Origin: Candidatus Poseidoniaceae archaeon
GTDB taxonomy: Archaea > Thermoplasmatota > Poseidoniia > Poseidoniales > Poseidoniaceae
Direction: 5' to 3'
Assembly: GCA_965662895.1 (NCBI GenBank)
Contig: CBFIJH010000001.1
Span: 32,001 to 96,000 of the forward strand
DNA length: 64,000 bases
Each line of letters opens with the position of its first letter. Positions within the stretch are counted from its first letter, which is position 1. The notes under the pieces are model-generated. The model did not search any database. It worked only from the letters and a program-made list of their open reading frames with translations, and was not told where the DNA came from. Positions 39,624 through 49,998 of the stretch are shown here, one piece after another. The translations under genes and the position numbers were made by a program.

Positions 39624-40589
39624 TCACACCAAATCATGGTGTTCAGGATCTGCTCGTGCCTGGACGATTGTTCGATAAACACCAAACAATCCCCAAAGTG
39701 CGAGCATACCCAAGACGAGAGCATAGCCCCATGGTTGGCCATCATCGACCGCCCATCCGAAAACAAGCAAGGTAGAAATTGTCAACAATCCTCTTCGAAT
39801 TCCTTGAGGGACTGCAAGTCGCATATCGAGATGTTTTGGACCTCCACCAAACCGGCGCTCGTAAAACTCCCCTTGGACGACAGCTCCAACTAGAATAATG
39901 GATAATGTTGTCCAATAGAAGAGGTTTCCATTGGTGAAGAAGTCATCTGCAATCTCTGCTTGCCGTTTTGCTTCGAGTGCTTCAGGGTCTTCCACTGCGA
40001 CGAACAGGGACTCAAAATCGCCTACGCTAATCGTCCGCAATGCAAGGTTTTCTTCATCGTCGTTTGTCATTGATTCTGGAGATGATATAAAGAATGACAA
40101 GAGATTCCAGTTATCTCCTTCATTTGCACCTCCGACACCATCGACAGCATTTCCTGCAAGTGAGAATGAAATGTCACCTACATCACTCGATGGAGCGGTC
40201 CAAGTGACAACCCAATCGTTGCTCGGTGCGCTTTGCGACACTGCGCCTGGCTCTGAGCCATCCGTATCAGTAACAATTTGGGTTCCTTCGCCTGCCGTGA
40301 AGGTTCCAACGCCGTAATCTGTCAGTAGGAAGCCACCATTTTCGTAGGAGGCATGTTGCAAATTAATGGTAAATTCGTAGGACTCGCCAACTGTATAGGC
40401 TCGTGGAACTCCTGATATTGAAACAACAACGTCGTTGGAGGGAACACCATCGCCGTGGCATGTACATCCCGTCTCAACGGTTAATCCACCGTTGATCGGG
40501 TTGACCCATGGTGGGCCGTTTGGATTGGCAACCGCTGGTGCAAGGAGACAAACCGAGAGCAGCAAAATCAGAAGCGTTCTCGACTTCAT
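39624..40589 (-). CDS. Secreted Reeler/choice-of-anchor V-like protein with CxCH motif and C-terminal TMs
   Basis: Signal peptide, GCTCHG, GVPRAYTVG, GGF, WTAP...GNAVDG...GD.WN, 3 C-terminal TMs. Confidence 0.75.
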   Translation of the reverse strand: MKSRTLLILLLSVCLLAPAVANPNGPPWVNPINGGLTVETGCTCHGDGVPSNDVVVSISGVPRAYTVGESYEFTINLQHASYENGGFLLTDYGVGTFTAGEGTQIVTDTDGSEPGAVSQSAPSNDWVVTWTAPSSDVGDISFSLAGNAVDGVGGANEGDNWNLLSFFISSPESMTNDDEENLALRTISVGDFESLFVAVEDPEALEAKRQAEIADDFFTNGNLFYWTTLSIILVGAVVQGEFYERRFGGGPKHLDMRLAVPQGIRRGLLTISTLLVFGWAVDDGQPWGYALVLGMLALWGLFGVYRTIVQARADPEHHDLV

Positions 40590-40651
40590 TTCATCCCCTC
40601 AATTAAACCCAACTCGAATCATCCTTTCAACGTTCCTTCAAGACCACGTAT

Positions 40652-42073
40652 TCAAGACTCTTTGATTGCATTGTTAAGGCCGGTCATCATCGCCTTTCCG
40701 TCGCCAAAGAGCATCATCGTCTTGTCCATGTAAAACAGGTCGTTGTCGACACCAGCGTAACCAACAGAAAGCGATCTCTTGATGATAACGACGGTACGTG
40801 CAGCATCTGCGTCAATAATCGGCATTCCTGCGAGTGGCCCTTCACCACTTCGAGCAGCTGGGTTGGTCGTATCGTTTGCACCTATCACGAGTGCTACGTC
40901 ACAGTCGGGGAATTCAGGATTGATTTCATCCATTTCGATGAGCTGCTCGTATGGAACGTTCGCTTCAGCCAGCAGGACATTCATGTGACCTGGCATTCGA
41001 CCTGCAACAGGGTGGATGGCATATTTGACTTCAGTATCATATTTTTCAGCAATCAAGTCAGCAAATTCTTTGACCTGATGTTGACATTGTGATACGGCCA
41101 TTCCGTAACCGGGGACGATGATAACCTTCTGAGCACCATCGATCATCATGGCTACTTCATCAGGATCGGAACCAACCTTCGTTCTCGTCAAAGACTCTTT
41201 CTCGCCAGTGCCTCCGAACGACTTGAACAAGACGTCGGGTAGCGTACGGTTCATCGCTTTGCACATGATAAACGTCAGAATGAGACCTGAGGCCCCTACG
41301 AGGGAACCAGCAACGATGAGGACGGAATTGCCGATGATGAATCCAGTAAAGGCTGCGGCGATTCCGGACAATGAATTCAGGAGTGAAACGACCACTGGCA
41401 TATCAGCACCACCAATTGGTAGTACCAAAACAATGCCAAGGATGGAGGAAATACCTATGATTCCCCATAGATAATTTTCGTCAGTAGGTGCATCGATGCT
41501 GAGGTAAATCAACACAGCGACGCCAAGGACCATCAAAACTTTGAGTGGGTTGAGCCAAACCGGCCCCCAAGTAGGTGTCTTCATCCACTTCCCAAAGATG
41601 CTTACTCCACCCTTGAGTTTGAACATTGCAAGAATCGAACCAGTCAGTGTCATCCAACCGACCAGCGCAGACAAACCCGCAGCGACCATGATAACCGTAA
41701 TCTCAAGTTGATCAGTCGTTACGTTGGCAGGATCTTCGATGTATCTCCAAACTTCAGATAATGCAACAAGGGCAGATGCAGCACCACCAAACCCGTTGAA
41801 CAAAGCAACAAGTTCAGGCATACCCGTCATTTCGACACGAATGGCCATCCAGAGGCCAATGAGTGAGCCAATGACCAATCCAGAGCCGATTAAGACCCAC
41901 TCAATGCCATCGCCTAACCCCATCTGTAAGATGGTGGTCACAACTGCTACAAGCATTCCAAGAGCACCGAGTTGGTTTCCAAACGGTGCAGTACGTGGGT
42001 GTCCGAGTTTCTTCAAACCAAAGATGAACAATGCAGCGGACAAGAGGTAGCCAAGAGAAATCCAGTCCTCCAT
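40652..42073 (-). CDS. pntB: NAD(P) transhydrogenase beta subunit
   Basis: MPELVALFNGFGG, IGGADMPVVVSLLNS, VPGYGMAV, HPVAGRMPGHMNVLLAE, GAND. Confidence 0.97.
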   Translation of the reverse strand: MEDWISLGYLLSAALFIFGLKKLGHPRTAPFGNQLGALGMLVAVVTTILQMGLGDGIEWVLIGSGLVIGSLIGLWMAIRVEMTGMPELVALFNGFGGAASALVALSEVWRYIEDPANVTTDQLEITVIMVAAGLSALVGWMTLTGSILAMFKLKGGVSIFGKWMKTPTWGPVWLNPLKVLMVLGVAVLIYLSIDAPTDENYLWGIIGISSILGIVLVLPIGGADMPVVVSLLNSLSGIAAAFTGFIIGNSVLIVAGSLVGASGLILTFIMCKAMNRTLPDVLFKSFGGTGEKESLTRTKVGSDPDEVAMMIDGAQKVIIVPGYGMAVSQCQHQVKEFADLIAEKYDTEVKYAIHPVAGRMPGHMNVLLAEANVPYEQLIEMDEINPEFPDCDVALVIGANDTTNPAARSGEGPLAGMPIIDADAARTVVIIKRSLSVGYAGVDNDLFYMDKTMMLFGDGKAMMTGLNNAIKES

Positions 42074-42074
42074 T

Positions 42075-42386
42075 TCAGGCACCTCCTCGCTTTTTTCCCG
42101 CAATCATGTTGAGCATTCGATTGGTAACAGCAAAACCACCGACAACGTTGATCATCGCTAGTACGACAGCAACGAATGCTAGAATTCCGGATACTGCGGT
42201 ATCGCCTCCATTGTACGCTACGTTCGCCCCAATCAGAGCACCGATAATGGAAATTCCAGAGATAGCATTCGCCCCGCTCATCAACGGAGTGTGGAGTGTT
42301 GCTGGAACTTTTGTGATAAGTTCAAAACCAAGGAAAATAGCGAGTACGAACAGTGTAATATTTCCAATCAAAAATTCTGGGGTCAT
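42075..42386 (-). CDS. pntAB: NAD(P) transhydrogenase alpha subunit, membrane part (split alpha)
   Basis: VPATLHTPLMSGANAISGI, INVVGGFAVTNRML. Confidence 0.93.
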   Translation of the reverse strand: MTPEFLIGNITLFVLAIFLGFELITKVPATLHTPLMSGANAISGISIIGALIGANVAYNGGDTAVSGILAFVAVVLAMINVVGGFAVTNRMLNMIAGKKRGGA

Positions 42387-43546
42387 TCGAGGACACCTCC
42401 TAATCGTGTTTGTTTTGGATGCATTTCCCCATTCGTACAAATAAGGACGCCTCCCATTCCATTGACATAGAAGTCGCTACCTTCTGGAGCTCCAACGAGA
42501 ATGTCATCATCTTCCGAAATGACGACGGCACCATCGTCAACAAGCGAAGTAATGAAAGTCGTAAGATTGTTGGAATACAGCATGCTTGCAGTTGTTGCAA
42601 TAGTACCTGGAAGGTTCGATGTACCAACAACGATGACTCCATTCTCGGTTGTAATTACTTCACCGGCCACAGTGTCCTCACAGTTTCCTCCAACATCCGC
42701 ATTCATGTCAACAACTACTGCTCCTGACTTGAATTCCTTGACAGCGCTTGAGGGCACTGTAATTGGTGCAGGTCGACCAAATATTCGAGCGGTTGTAACG
42801 ATGATATCAGCATCTGCAGCAACACCACAAACCGTATCGTTGACCTTCTGAATGAATTCTGGAGTGAGGGGTTTTGCATAACCGGCTTCATCTTCGAAGT
42901 CGTCCATACCGTCGACTTCGATAAATCGACCGCCAACCGATTCGATTTGTTCTGCTGCTGATTTTCGTACGTCCGATGCATAAACGACTGCACCAAGACG
43001 CTTTGCCGTGGCGATAGCTTGGAGTCCAGCAACGCCAGATCCCATAATCACAACTTTGGCTGGACGAACGGTACCAGCAGATGTCGTCATCATTGGAATT
43101 CCTTTTGGAACATGGGCTGCACCGAGGAGAACAGCCTTGTATCCCGCAAGGTTGTCTTGGCTAGAGTTCACGTCCATGGATTGCGCTCGACTCAAACGTC
43201 GTGGAATCATGTCCATTGAAAGGAGTGTAATCTTGGATTCAAGGCAGTCTTTGACGAACTGTGGATTGCGAAATGGATCCGATACACAAGCAAGATTTGT
43301 TCCTTTGTTCATCCCTTCGACGCCTGGAAATCGAATGGTGATGATTGTTTGGCAAGACAGCGCATCCTTGCGACTTCCAATGATCGCACCAGCAGCTTCG
43401 TATTCAGCGTCATGATAATTCGCTGCTTCACCTGCGCCGGATTCGACGATTACTTCGAAACCCGCTTTGAGTAGTTTCTTGAGACTTGTTGGAACGATTG
43501 CAACACGTGTCTCTCCTTCTGGTTCTTTGAGTACACCCAATTTCAT
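42383..43546 (-). CDS. pntAA: NAD(P) transhydrogenase alpha subunit, domain I (split alpha)
   Basis: GETRVA, RAQSMD, GSGVAGLQAIATAKRLGA, GGNCE, ASMLYSNN. Confidence 0.95.
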   Translation of the reverse strand: MKLGVLKEPEGETRVAIVPTSLKKLLKAGFEVIVESGAGEAANYHDAEYEAAGAIIGSRKDALSCQTIITIRFPGVEGMNKGTNLACVSDPFRNPQFVKDCLESKITLLSMDMIPRRLSRAQSMDVNSSQDNLAGYKAVLLGAAHVPKGIPMMTTSAGTVRPAKVVIMGSGVAGLQAIATAKRLGAVVYASDVRKSAAEQIESVGGRFIEVDGMDDFEDEAGYAKPLTPEFIQKVNDTVCGVAADADIIVTTARIFGRPAPITVPSSAVKEFKSGAVVVDMNADVGGNCEDTVAGEVITTENGVIVVGTSNLPGTIATTASMLYSNNLTTFITSLVDDGAVVISEDDDILVGAPEGSDFYVNGMGGVLICTNGEMHPKQTRLGGVLE

Positions 43547-43675
43547 GACAACACCGTTATTTTCTGCCAACGATAGGGGGTTCTTCAATACCACCCTTTG
43601 GCCCCATCAAACAGGACAGCAGCATACCAACTTGATTAAGAACGTTCGACTCTGGCAACCAAGTGGAGAGAGACC

Positions 43676-44617
43676 ATGTCAAGAGGAAGTAGAAAAATCG
43701 CAGTCATCGGTGCAGGAAATGTAGGCGCAACATGTGCTTTTGTACTTGCAAATATGAAAATCGCCGATATTGTTTTGTTGGACATATACGAAGGATTTGC
43801 CAAAGGCAAAGCACTTGATATGAGTCAAAATGCAAACGTGCTGAATTACGATGGAAAAATCACTGGGACCTCAAGCTACGAAGACATAGCAGGTGCAGAT
43901 GTTGTCGTTGTTACAAGCGGATTTCCTCGCCAACCAGGCATGACTCGAGAAGACCTTATCGGAAAAAACGCAGAAATCGTTGCACAGGTTGGAGCAGGTA
44001 TTCGTGACCACGCACCAGACTCAGTCGTCATTGTTGTCACAAATCCATTGGATTTGATGACGTATCATATGCAAAAAGTCACTGGGTTCCCCGCAAACAG
44101 AGTCATCGGTCAAGCCGGTGTTCTCGATAGCGCACGGATGGCGCATTTTATTGCTCTTGAATTGGATTGTGCAGAAGAAGATGTTAGTCCAATGGTTCTT
44201 GGAGGACACGGTGACACAATGGTCCCACTTCCCCGATATACAACAGTAGGTGGCATCCCGATTACGCAACTTATGCCGCAAGAGCGCATTGACGCTATTT
44301 CTGCAAGAACTGCGAGCGGTGGCGGTGAAATCGTCAAGTTGCTTGAACGAGGTTCTGCATTTTATGCGCCTGGATCAGCAGCAGCTGTTATGGCTGAATC
44401 TGTCCTAAACAACCGACGCCGGCTTCTTCCTGCCTCATGTTTATTGACCGGTCAATACGGTTTGGATGATGTCTACATCGGTGTTCCTTGTATACTCGGT
44501 TCCAATGGTGTCGAGAACATATTTGAATTGCAACTTACTGATGAAGAACTTAAGTCGCTGCAAAACTCAGGCAACTTCTACAAATCTCAATTAGCTGAGG
44601 TTTTGGGTTACAATTGA
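43676..44617 (+). CDS. mdh: Malate dehydrogenase (LDH-like)
   Basis: IGAGNVG, PRQPGMTREDL, VTNPLD, LDSAR, LGGHGD, GSAFYAP. Confidence 0.95.
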   Translation: MSRGSRKIAVIGAGNVGATCAFVLANMKIADIVLLDIYEGFAKGKALDMSQNANVLNYDGKITGTSSYEDIAGADVVVVTSGFPRQPGMTREDLIGKNAEIVAQVGAGIRDHAPDSVVIVVTNPLDLMTYHMQKVTGFPANRVIGQAGVLDSARMAHFIALELDCAEEDVSPMVLGGHGDTMVPLPRYTTVGGIPITQLMPQERIDAISARTASGGGEIVKLLERGSAFYAPGSAAAVMAESVLNNRRRLLPASCLLTGQYGLDDVYIGVPCILGSNGVENIFELQLTDEELKSLQNSGNFYKSQLAEVLGYN

Positions 44618-45898
44618 TTTGATTTTTTTCGGACTTTTGATTCCGAACAGGTATCGAGTTGTTTTTGTCCGTCGAACGATCTCGAAGATGATCCAGCAAC
44701 CTATTGTGACAAATATACAACCAAGAACAACCGCTGAAATTCCTGATATGCCCCAACTTTTTGCGATTTTTAAACCTGCAAAAGTGAACGGCATATGAAC
44801 GATGTAGAACGGATAGACCCCTTGATTGAGATAGGCCAGTGATGGACTGTTTTTGTTGAGTAAATGGGCGCCCCATGAAAAAACAGTGAGGCACCAAAAC
44901 CAAGCATGGAAACTGTGAATGAAGCAGCCTAGAACCGTCATTTTGTTATGAACTATACCGTTTTCAATCCAACCACCGTCAATGTAAGGTATACCATCTG
45001 CATGTTGTTGCAATCGAATGAGAATGAATGCTACCGTCAAGAGGATGGTCAATCCTGTAATTGCAATTCGATGTGTATCAATGAAATCGTAGTACAACTC
45101 ACGAGAAACGATGCAGATGTAACCAAACAGAAAGAAGACGAGATACCAAAACCATTCATAGCCAATTCCAATGAAGCCAGGAAACCATGGCTTCAACAAG
45201 AGTTCTGTGAATGCTAGCAATGTCGGTAAAAGAATGAAAATTCCCAACCCATATTTGACCGCAAATGATGAGCGAAGAATGGTAGCAAATGGACCATCTG
45301 GATTTTTTTGAACGAAATGAAAAATTGGAACACAAATGAGAGAATACAAGAACAAATTCCAAAGAAACCACAGGTGGCCAAGTGCAATGATTTTACCAAA
45401 CAATGGCACCCAGAACAGAAATGATGTGAACACCACATGCAATGCGAAAGCCATCATGGTATCAACGAAAGAATTACCTTCAAGATCCACGCCATCTGTT
45501 ATAATTCCTCCAACAAAACCAATGGTCCACATCCCGAAAAACATTGGGACGAGTAGCCGTTGCAACCGTTCAACTAGAAATGTTTTCCAACTTCGTCGTT
45601 TGAAAGCAAATGCAGTTCCCATTCCTGATATCATGAACAATGCAGCCAATCTCCATTGATGCATCCAGTGGAGGAACATACTGGTCGGATCAACAGACTC
45701 ATAGGTGTAGTCATTACCTTCTTCGGCGACGATTTTCTGTTCATCTGGGTCATCTGAAATGTTCGGATTGATACCTTCTCCATACGTCGACCAGTACACG
45801 CCTATTGCAACATGAAATGGAATAAGTAATCCAAAAAGCAGGACTCGTAGCCAATCGATGTCATAGCGTCGTTCTGATTTTTCAGACGTATTTTCCAT
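44591..45898 (-). CDS. Acyltransferase family 3 (OpgC-like) membrane protein
   Basis: RRYDIDWLR, LFMISG, ERLQRLLVP, HLWFL, YPFYIVH. Confidence 0.88.
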   Translation of the reverse strand: MENTSEKSERRYDIDWLRVLLFGLLIPFHVAIGVYWSTYGEGINPNISDDPDEQKIVAEEGNDYTYESVDPTSMFLHWMHQWRLAALFMISGMGTAFAFKRRSWKTFLVERLQRLLVPMFFGMWTIGFVGGIITDGVDLEGNSFVDTMMAFALHVVFTSFLFWVPLFGKIIALGHLWFLWNLFLYSLICVPIFHFVQKNPDGPFATILRSSFAVKYGLGIFILLPTLLAFTELLLKPWFPGFIGIGYEWFWYLVFFLFGYICIVSRELYYDFIDTHRIAITGLTILLTVAFILIRLQQHADGIPYIDGGWIENGIVHNKMTVLGCFIHSFHAWFWCLTVFSWGAHLLNKNSPSLAYLNQGVYPFYIVHMPFTFAGLKIAKSWGISGISAVVLGCIFVTIGCWIIFEIVRRTKTTRYLFGIKSPKKIKSIVTQNLS

Positions 45899-45931
45899 AC
45901 ATATACCTCAAAATTGGACGCAATGCTCAAT

Positions 45932-46582
45932 TTATTGCCTTCGGATTGCAAGTGCTCCTTTGGTTCCTACACTTGTCGCGTCCTCTGAAGTTCGGGGAAC
46001 GCGCACTAATTGTCTTCCCATATTCCCCCGACTTCGCATTCGCGTGAGCACTTCTTGGCCAATGTAGCAACCTTTTGCTTCATGCACCAAGTGTTCCAGT
46101 CCACAATTGAATGGATGAAATTTTTCTGAAATTTCATATCCCTGAAGAGGGAGTAGATTCTCTATTCGATAATCCGTAAATTCCTCTTGCGTCATCGTGG
46201 TTTCGATTGGATTGTCCTTTGATACGATAATTAACCATCCTAAATAGGATTGGAATTGTGTTCCTCCTTCGTTTTCTTCAGGAGGCTCGGTACTCAGGTA
46301 CACACGGTTGAGGTTTGTGATATCGCGAATGGCAACATCCTGCTGCAAGATTCTCGGTTGTAGATGATGCAAGACTTTCTCCCGATACGGTCCATGACCA
46401 ATAATGGCTGCAGTTTCACCGACTTCGACAACGTCGATAACATCGATAATTTTTGCATTTGTTGTTGTCAAAACCGTGCTGCAGGATTTTTCTACCTTGT
46501 TTGTCGACAATCCATCGAGGAAGGTAAAACGGTCTGAGCCAGAAAGAAGAAAGATGTAAGCATCAAGTTGAATGATGCCCAT
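45932..46582 (-). CDS. YgfZ/IBA57 family folate-binding Fe-S maturation protein (compact)
   Basis: GSDRFTFLDGLSTN, KGCYIGQEV signature. Confidence 0.88.
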   Translation of the reverse strand: MGIIQLDAYIFLLSGSDRFTFLDGLSTNKVEKSCSTVLTTTNAKIIDVIDVVEVGETAAIIGHGPYREKVLHHLQPRILQQDVAIRDITNLNRVYLSTEPPEENEGGTQFQSYLGWLIIVSKDNPIETTMTQEEFTDYRIENLLPLQGYEISEKFHPFNCGLEHLVHEAKGCYIGQEVLTRMRSRGNMGRQLVRVPRTSEDATSVGTKGALAIRRQ

Positions 46583-46591
46583 GATGTTTCC

Positions 46592-46972
46592 TCAGGCAAA
46601 AGATTCGCCACAACCGCATGAGGATGAAGCGTTTGGATTGTTGATTTTGAATCCACCACCCATCAAACGATCGACGTAATCGACTTCTATGCCATCGAGA
46701 AGATGCGAGGAAGCGTTTGGCACAAGCACTCTGAAACCTGAAATCTCCAATTCTTGACAGTCGATGTCCGTTGTTTCAACGATCTGTAAGTCGTACATGT
46801 ATCCTGAGCAACCACCAGACAAAACACCGACGAGTAGAGCATGACTTCGATCATCACCAAATGCGTTAGTAAGCATTTCAATTGCCTTTTCCGTCATTGT
46901 AAGATTGACATCAACAACCTTTGGTTGAACAATCTCAACAGCAGGTGCAGTCTCGCAGGTTCCGCAGTCCAT
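46592..46972 (-). CDS. A-type Fe-S carrier (HesB/IscA/ErpA family)
   Basis: GGCSGYMY, GFKINNPNA, CGCGESF; ATG 46972 is 29 nt from TTGAT. Confidence 0.93.
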   Translation of the reverse strand: MDCGTCETAPAVEIVQPKVVDVNLTMTEKAIEMLTNAFGDDRSHALLVGVLSGGCSGYMYDLQIVETTDIDCQELEISGFRVLVPNASSHLLDGIEVDYVDRLMGGGFKINNPNASSSCGCGESFA

Positions 46973-47013
46973 GGTTAACCCAACAACCCACCCATTATCA
47001 ATCTGACTTTCTA

Positions 47014-49350
47014 TCAACGGCGAGCAAGTTTCTTTTTACGCTCTTTTTCAAGGATTGTGCAGCGTTTGATTTGTTCCTTCGCTCTCTTGGCTTCAGCATC
47101 AGAAAGGCCTCTGGGTATGGACTGTTCATAACACTTGATGGCATCTGAAAATCGTTCCATCTCAGCATATGCTGTTCCCATGTTGTACAACGTTTGACCT
47201 CGAACGTTTGATGGATCAATCATCATTGCTTTATGGTACGATTCAACACAATCAGGGTATTCTTCAAGGAAGTAGTAAGCATTACCGCGGCCATTGAGAA
47301 TACGAATGATCATTTGGTTATCATTCGCAAACGATGGCAGTGCACGATCAAACGACGAAAGGGCTTCTCGATATTTACCATCCTCCATCAATTGTATACC
47401 TTGATTGTACCAGGAAATATCTTGATTTGCAATGGAACTTGAATCGGCTGAGAGAAGTGGATTTAATTGAACTTTCGCAGTAGCATCCAATGCGGCTTTG
47501 GCTAAATCAATTTCGACAATATCGTTTATTTCGACTGGTCGGCTTATGGGTTCAACGGGCGTCAGCAAAATGTCGTTCGCTTGACTTGTCATCTGCTCAT
47601 CAACCTGAATTTGCTGTTGTTGATCTGGCTGAGTCAGTGCGGGCTGAGTCATCAAGGCAGGCGGTTCTGGTGCGAAAGGTGGTGGTGTAGATGACGGGGG
47701 AGGTGGAGGTGTTTCGAATTGCTGTTGCGACACGCTCGTCGATTCCAAGTCGTTGGCTTTCGCATGGCAGCGTTGGGCAGTTTCGTTGTCCCCTGCTGCA
47801 TCAAGGGATTTTGCAAGACCTCTCCAAAGTGTTGAGTTTGCCTTGTCTCCTTGGATGAGTTCCTTCCATACCGTCACCGCTTCAATGTTCTCGCCTTTGA
47901 GGGTTAGAGCGCGAGCACGATCGACCGATGGACCAGGACTAAGCAAATCCAACGCATATTGTGCGAGTTGGGGTGCCTCGGGCATGGTAGGTGGGATTCC
48001 CGTAATGTATTCGAGAACCTCGACCTCTGTTTCCCCACAATTGAGGAGAGTCTGAATGATATCATTGCGTAGTTCAGGGTCATCTTTGCTCTCAAGAATT
48101 TTCATACCATGCATGAGGACTGTGCCTAGGTCGTTTTCTTCCTTTGCAAATTCGATTAACTTGTTTCGAGCTTTAACGTGCCGTGCATCAAGGTCAATGG
48201 TTCTTTCAAATGCTTCCTTTGCACCAGATGGATTCGCATTGCGGGCATAAAGAGTACCAAGATTGTACCATCCTGAAGCGACGCTTTCGTCCAATTTTGT
48301 CGCATGTACCAATGCAGCAATGGCGTGTGTATCAAGTTCCATTCGTGCCATTGCTCCGCCTGCAATTCGCCAAGCACCTGCATGTTGCGCACCGATTGTC
48401 TTGAGATGGGGCTTCAGAAGTGCAAGGGCCTTTTTTGGTTCGCCTTGACGAATCAATTCCGTAGCCTCGTCTGTTAATTTATCGAGATTTATTTCCTCGA
48501 CAATTGGACGTTGCTCGATTTCAGTTTCAATGGCCTCTTCGATTTTTTCCTCTACAATTTGTTTTGCTGCAACAATGCTAGCTGCGCTTTTCAGCTCCTC
48601 TTTGTCGAGGTAACCATCGCCATCCATATCATGGTGTGCAGCTTCAGCGAGAATTGCTTCAGAATCATCGACTCCTGTTTCTTCCATAACAACACTGAGT
48701 GTTGAATCTTGATGGGTCGCTTTCGATACTTTAGATTCAATGGCGTCGGGAACTTCCTCAACCGGAGCATGCATTGTTCGGTTCAAAACATCAGTTAAAC
48801 TCGGATGGCCTGGAAAGAATTCTAATCCTCGTCGAGCCATTGCAGCTGCACCAGCATCATCACCAATGCGGTCAAGAAGGATTGCTAGATTTGCCGTTGC
48901 TGGCGCGTGATCTGGGTTCAAATCAAGACATATTTGGAAAGCTTGTCTTGCCCCGCGTGCGTCTTGCTGAGCTTCCAATAGAACGCCTCGGTTAAACCAC
49001 GCCATGTCGCTTGACGGATCAAGCGCAATAGCTTTGTTGAATGCAACGAGTGCTTCTTGTGGCGAATTCGAACGAGATTTATATTCACCTTCCTCGATAA
49101 GAGATTGCACTTCTTCCTCGATGCTGCGTTCGTCATTTGGCTCATCGACTGCATTTGTTTCAGTAACCTCTTCTGCTTCTTCTTGTTCGGAGTCATCGAT
49201 TGCTTCGAAAACTTCTTGCGAATGCGAAGTTAAATCCTCCTTTTCAGAATCCAGCATTGAACCCAATCCTGCTGACCGCAATGCATCAGCCATATCGTTC
49301 ATCAATGCATTTGACATATCTTGGTCATCAGCATCCATACGCTTCCCCAT
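47014..49350 (-). CDS. TPR-repeat protein with an EF-hand-like loop and Pro/Gln-rich linker
   Basis: AWFNRG, GWYNLG, SWYNQG, LNGRGNA, LYNMG TPRs; DMDGDGYLDKEE loop. Confidence 0.85.
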   Translation of the reverse strand: MGKRMDADDQDMSNALMNDMADALRSAGLGSMLDSEKEDLTSHSQEVFEAIDDSEQEEAEEVTETNAVDEPNDERSIEEEVQSLIEEGEYKSRSNSPQEALVAFNKAIALDPSSDMAWFNRGVLLEAQQDARGARQAFQICLDLNPDHAPATANLAILLDRIGDDAGAAAMARRGLEFFPGHPSLTDVLNRTMHAPVEEVPDAIESKVSKATHQDSTLSVVMEETGVDDSEAILAEAAHHDMDGDGYLDKEELKSAASIVAAKQIVEEKIEEAIETEIEQRPIVEEINLDKLTDEATELIRQGEPKKALALLKPHLKTIGAQHAGAWRIAGGAMARMELDTHAIAALVHATKLDESVASGWYNLGTLYARNANPSGAKEAFERTIDLDARHVKARNKLIEFAKEENDLGTVLMHGMKILESKDDPELRNDIIQTLLNCGETEVEVLEYITGIPPTMPEAPQLAQYALDLLSPGPSVDRARALTLKGENIEAVTVWKELIQGDKANSTLWRGLAKSLDAAGDNETAQRCHAKANDLESTSVSQQQFETPPPPPSSTPPPFAPEPPALMTQPALTQPDQQQQIQVDEQMTSQANDILLTPVEPISRPVEINDIVEIDLAKAALDATAKVQLNPLLSADSSSIANQDISWYNQGIQLMEDGKYREALSSFDRALPSFANDNQMIIRILNGRGNAYYFLEEYPDCVESYHKAMMIDPSNVRGQTLYNMGTAYAEMERFSDAIKCYEQSIPRGLSDAEAKRAKEQIKRCTILEKERKKKLARR

Positions 49351-49442
49351 TCTTTGGCATGACTGTTATTGTATAAGCATAGTTGCTTCTTGGTTAGAAG
49401 ACAAAACAATGAATTCATCTATTGAATCCTCGTAGGATGGCT

Positions 49443-49994
49443 ATGACGGATACTCCATTGAAAGTTTTGGGCCTCTCTGGTTCCATTGGTCGATCATCGA
49501 AGAACGGCATGCTGGTCGATTTAGCGCTGAATAAGGCAGAATTACTTGGTGCGGACGTGCACTTTTGGGATCTCGAAAAGAAACCCCTTCCTCTTGTTGG
49601 AGAGGATGGTTGTTGGACCAACCCCAATGTCAAGGAATTCCAAGAACTCGCATCATCATGTGACGCATTTCTCGTATCATCTCCAGAATATCACGGCACC
49701 ATGTCCGGTGTGATGAAAAACACGTTTGATTGGGTATACGATCAACACGTTGGAGGCAAAGTGTTTGGCCTGATGTCAACGCTCGGAGGTATGTCGAATT
49801 CCAATACTCTCAATCACATGCGAATCATGCTTCGATGGCTGCATGGGATACCCGTCTCGGAACAACTTGCAGTCGGTCATGTCAAAGATGCCTTTGATGA
49901 TGAAGGAGGCTTGGCTGACTCTTCCATCGATGAACGATTGAATTCACTTGTTGCGTCTGTTCTGAAGACTGCAAAAATGTACCGAGATTCGTGA
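49443..49994 (+). CDS. NADPH-dependent FMN reductase
   Basis: GLSGS, SPEYHGTMSGVMKNTFDW. Confidence 0.92.
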   Translation: MTDTPLKVLGLSGSIGRSSKNGMLVDLALNKAELLGADVHFWDLEKKPLPLVGEDGCWTNPNVKEFQELASSCDAFLVSSPEYHGTMSGVMKNTFDWVYDQHVGGKVFGLMSTLGGMSNSNTLNHMRIMLRWLHGIPVSEQLAVGHVKDAFDDEGGLADSSIDERLNSLVASVLKTAKMYRDS

Positions 49995-49998
49995 TTTC

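Noticed and set aside
47620-47715. Short direct repeat GGCTGAGTCA and GGT/GGA runs
   Set aside because: They encode the Pro/Gln-rich linker (PPPPP, LTQP, MTQP) of the TPR protein; a low-complexity coding feature.
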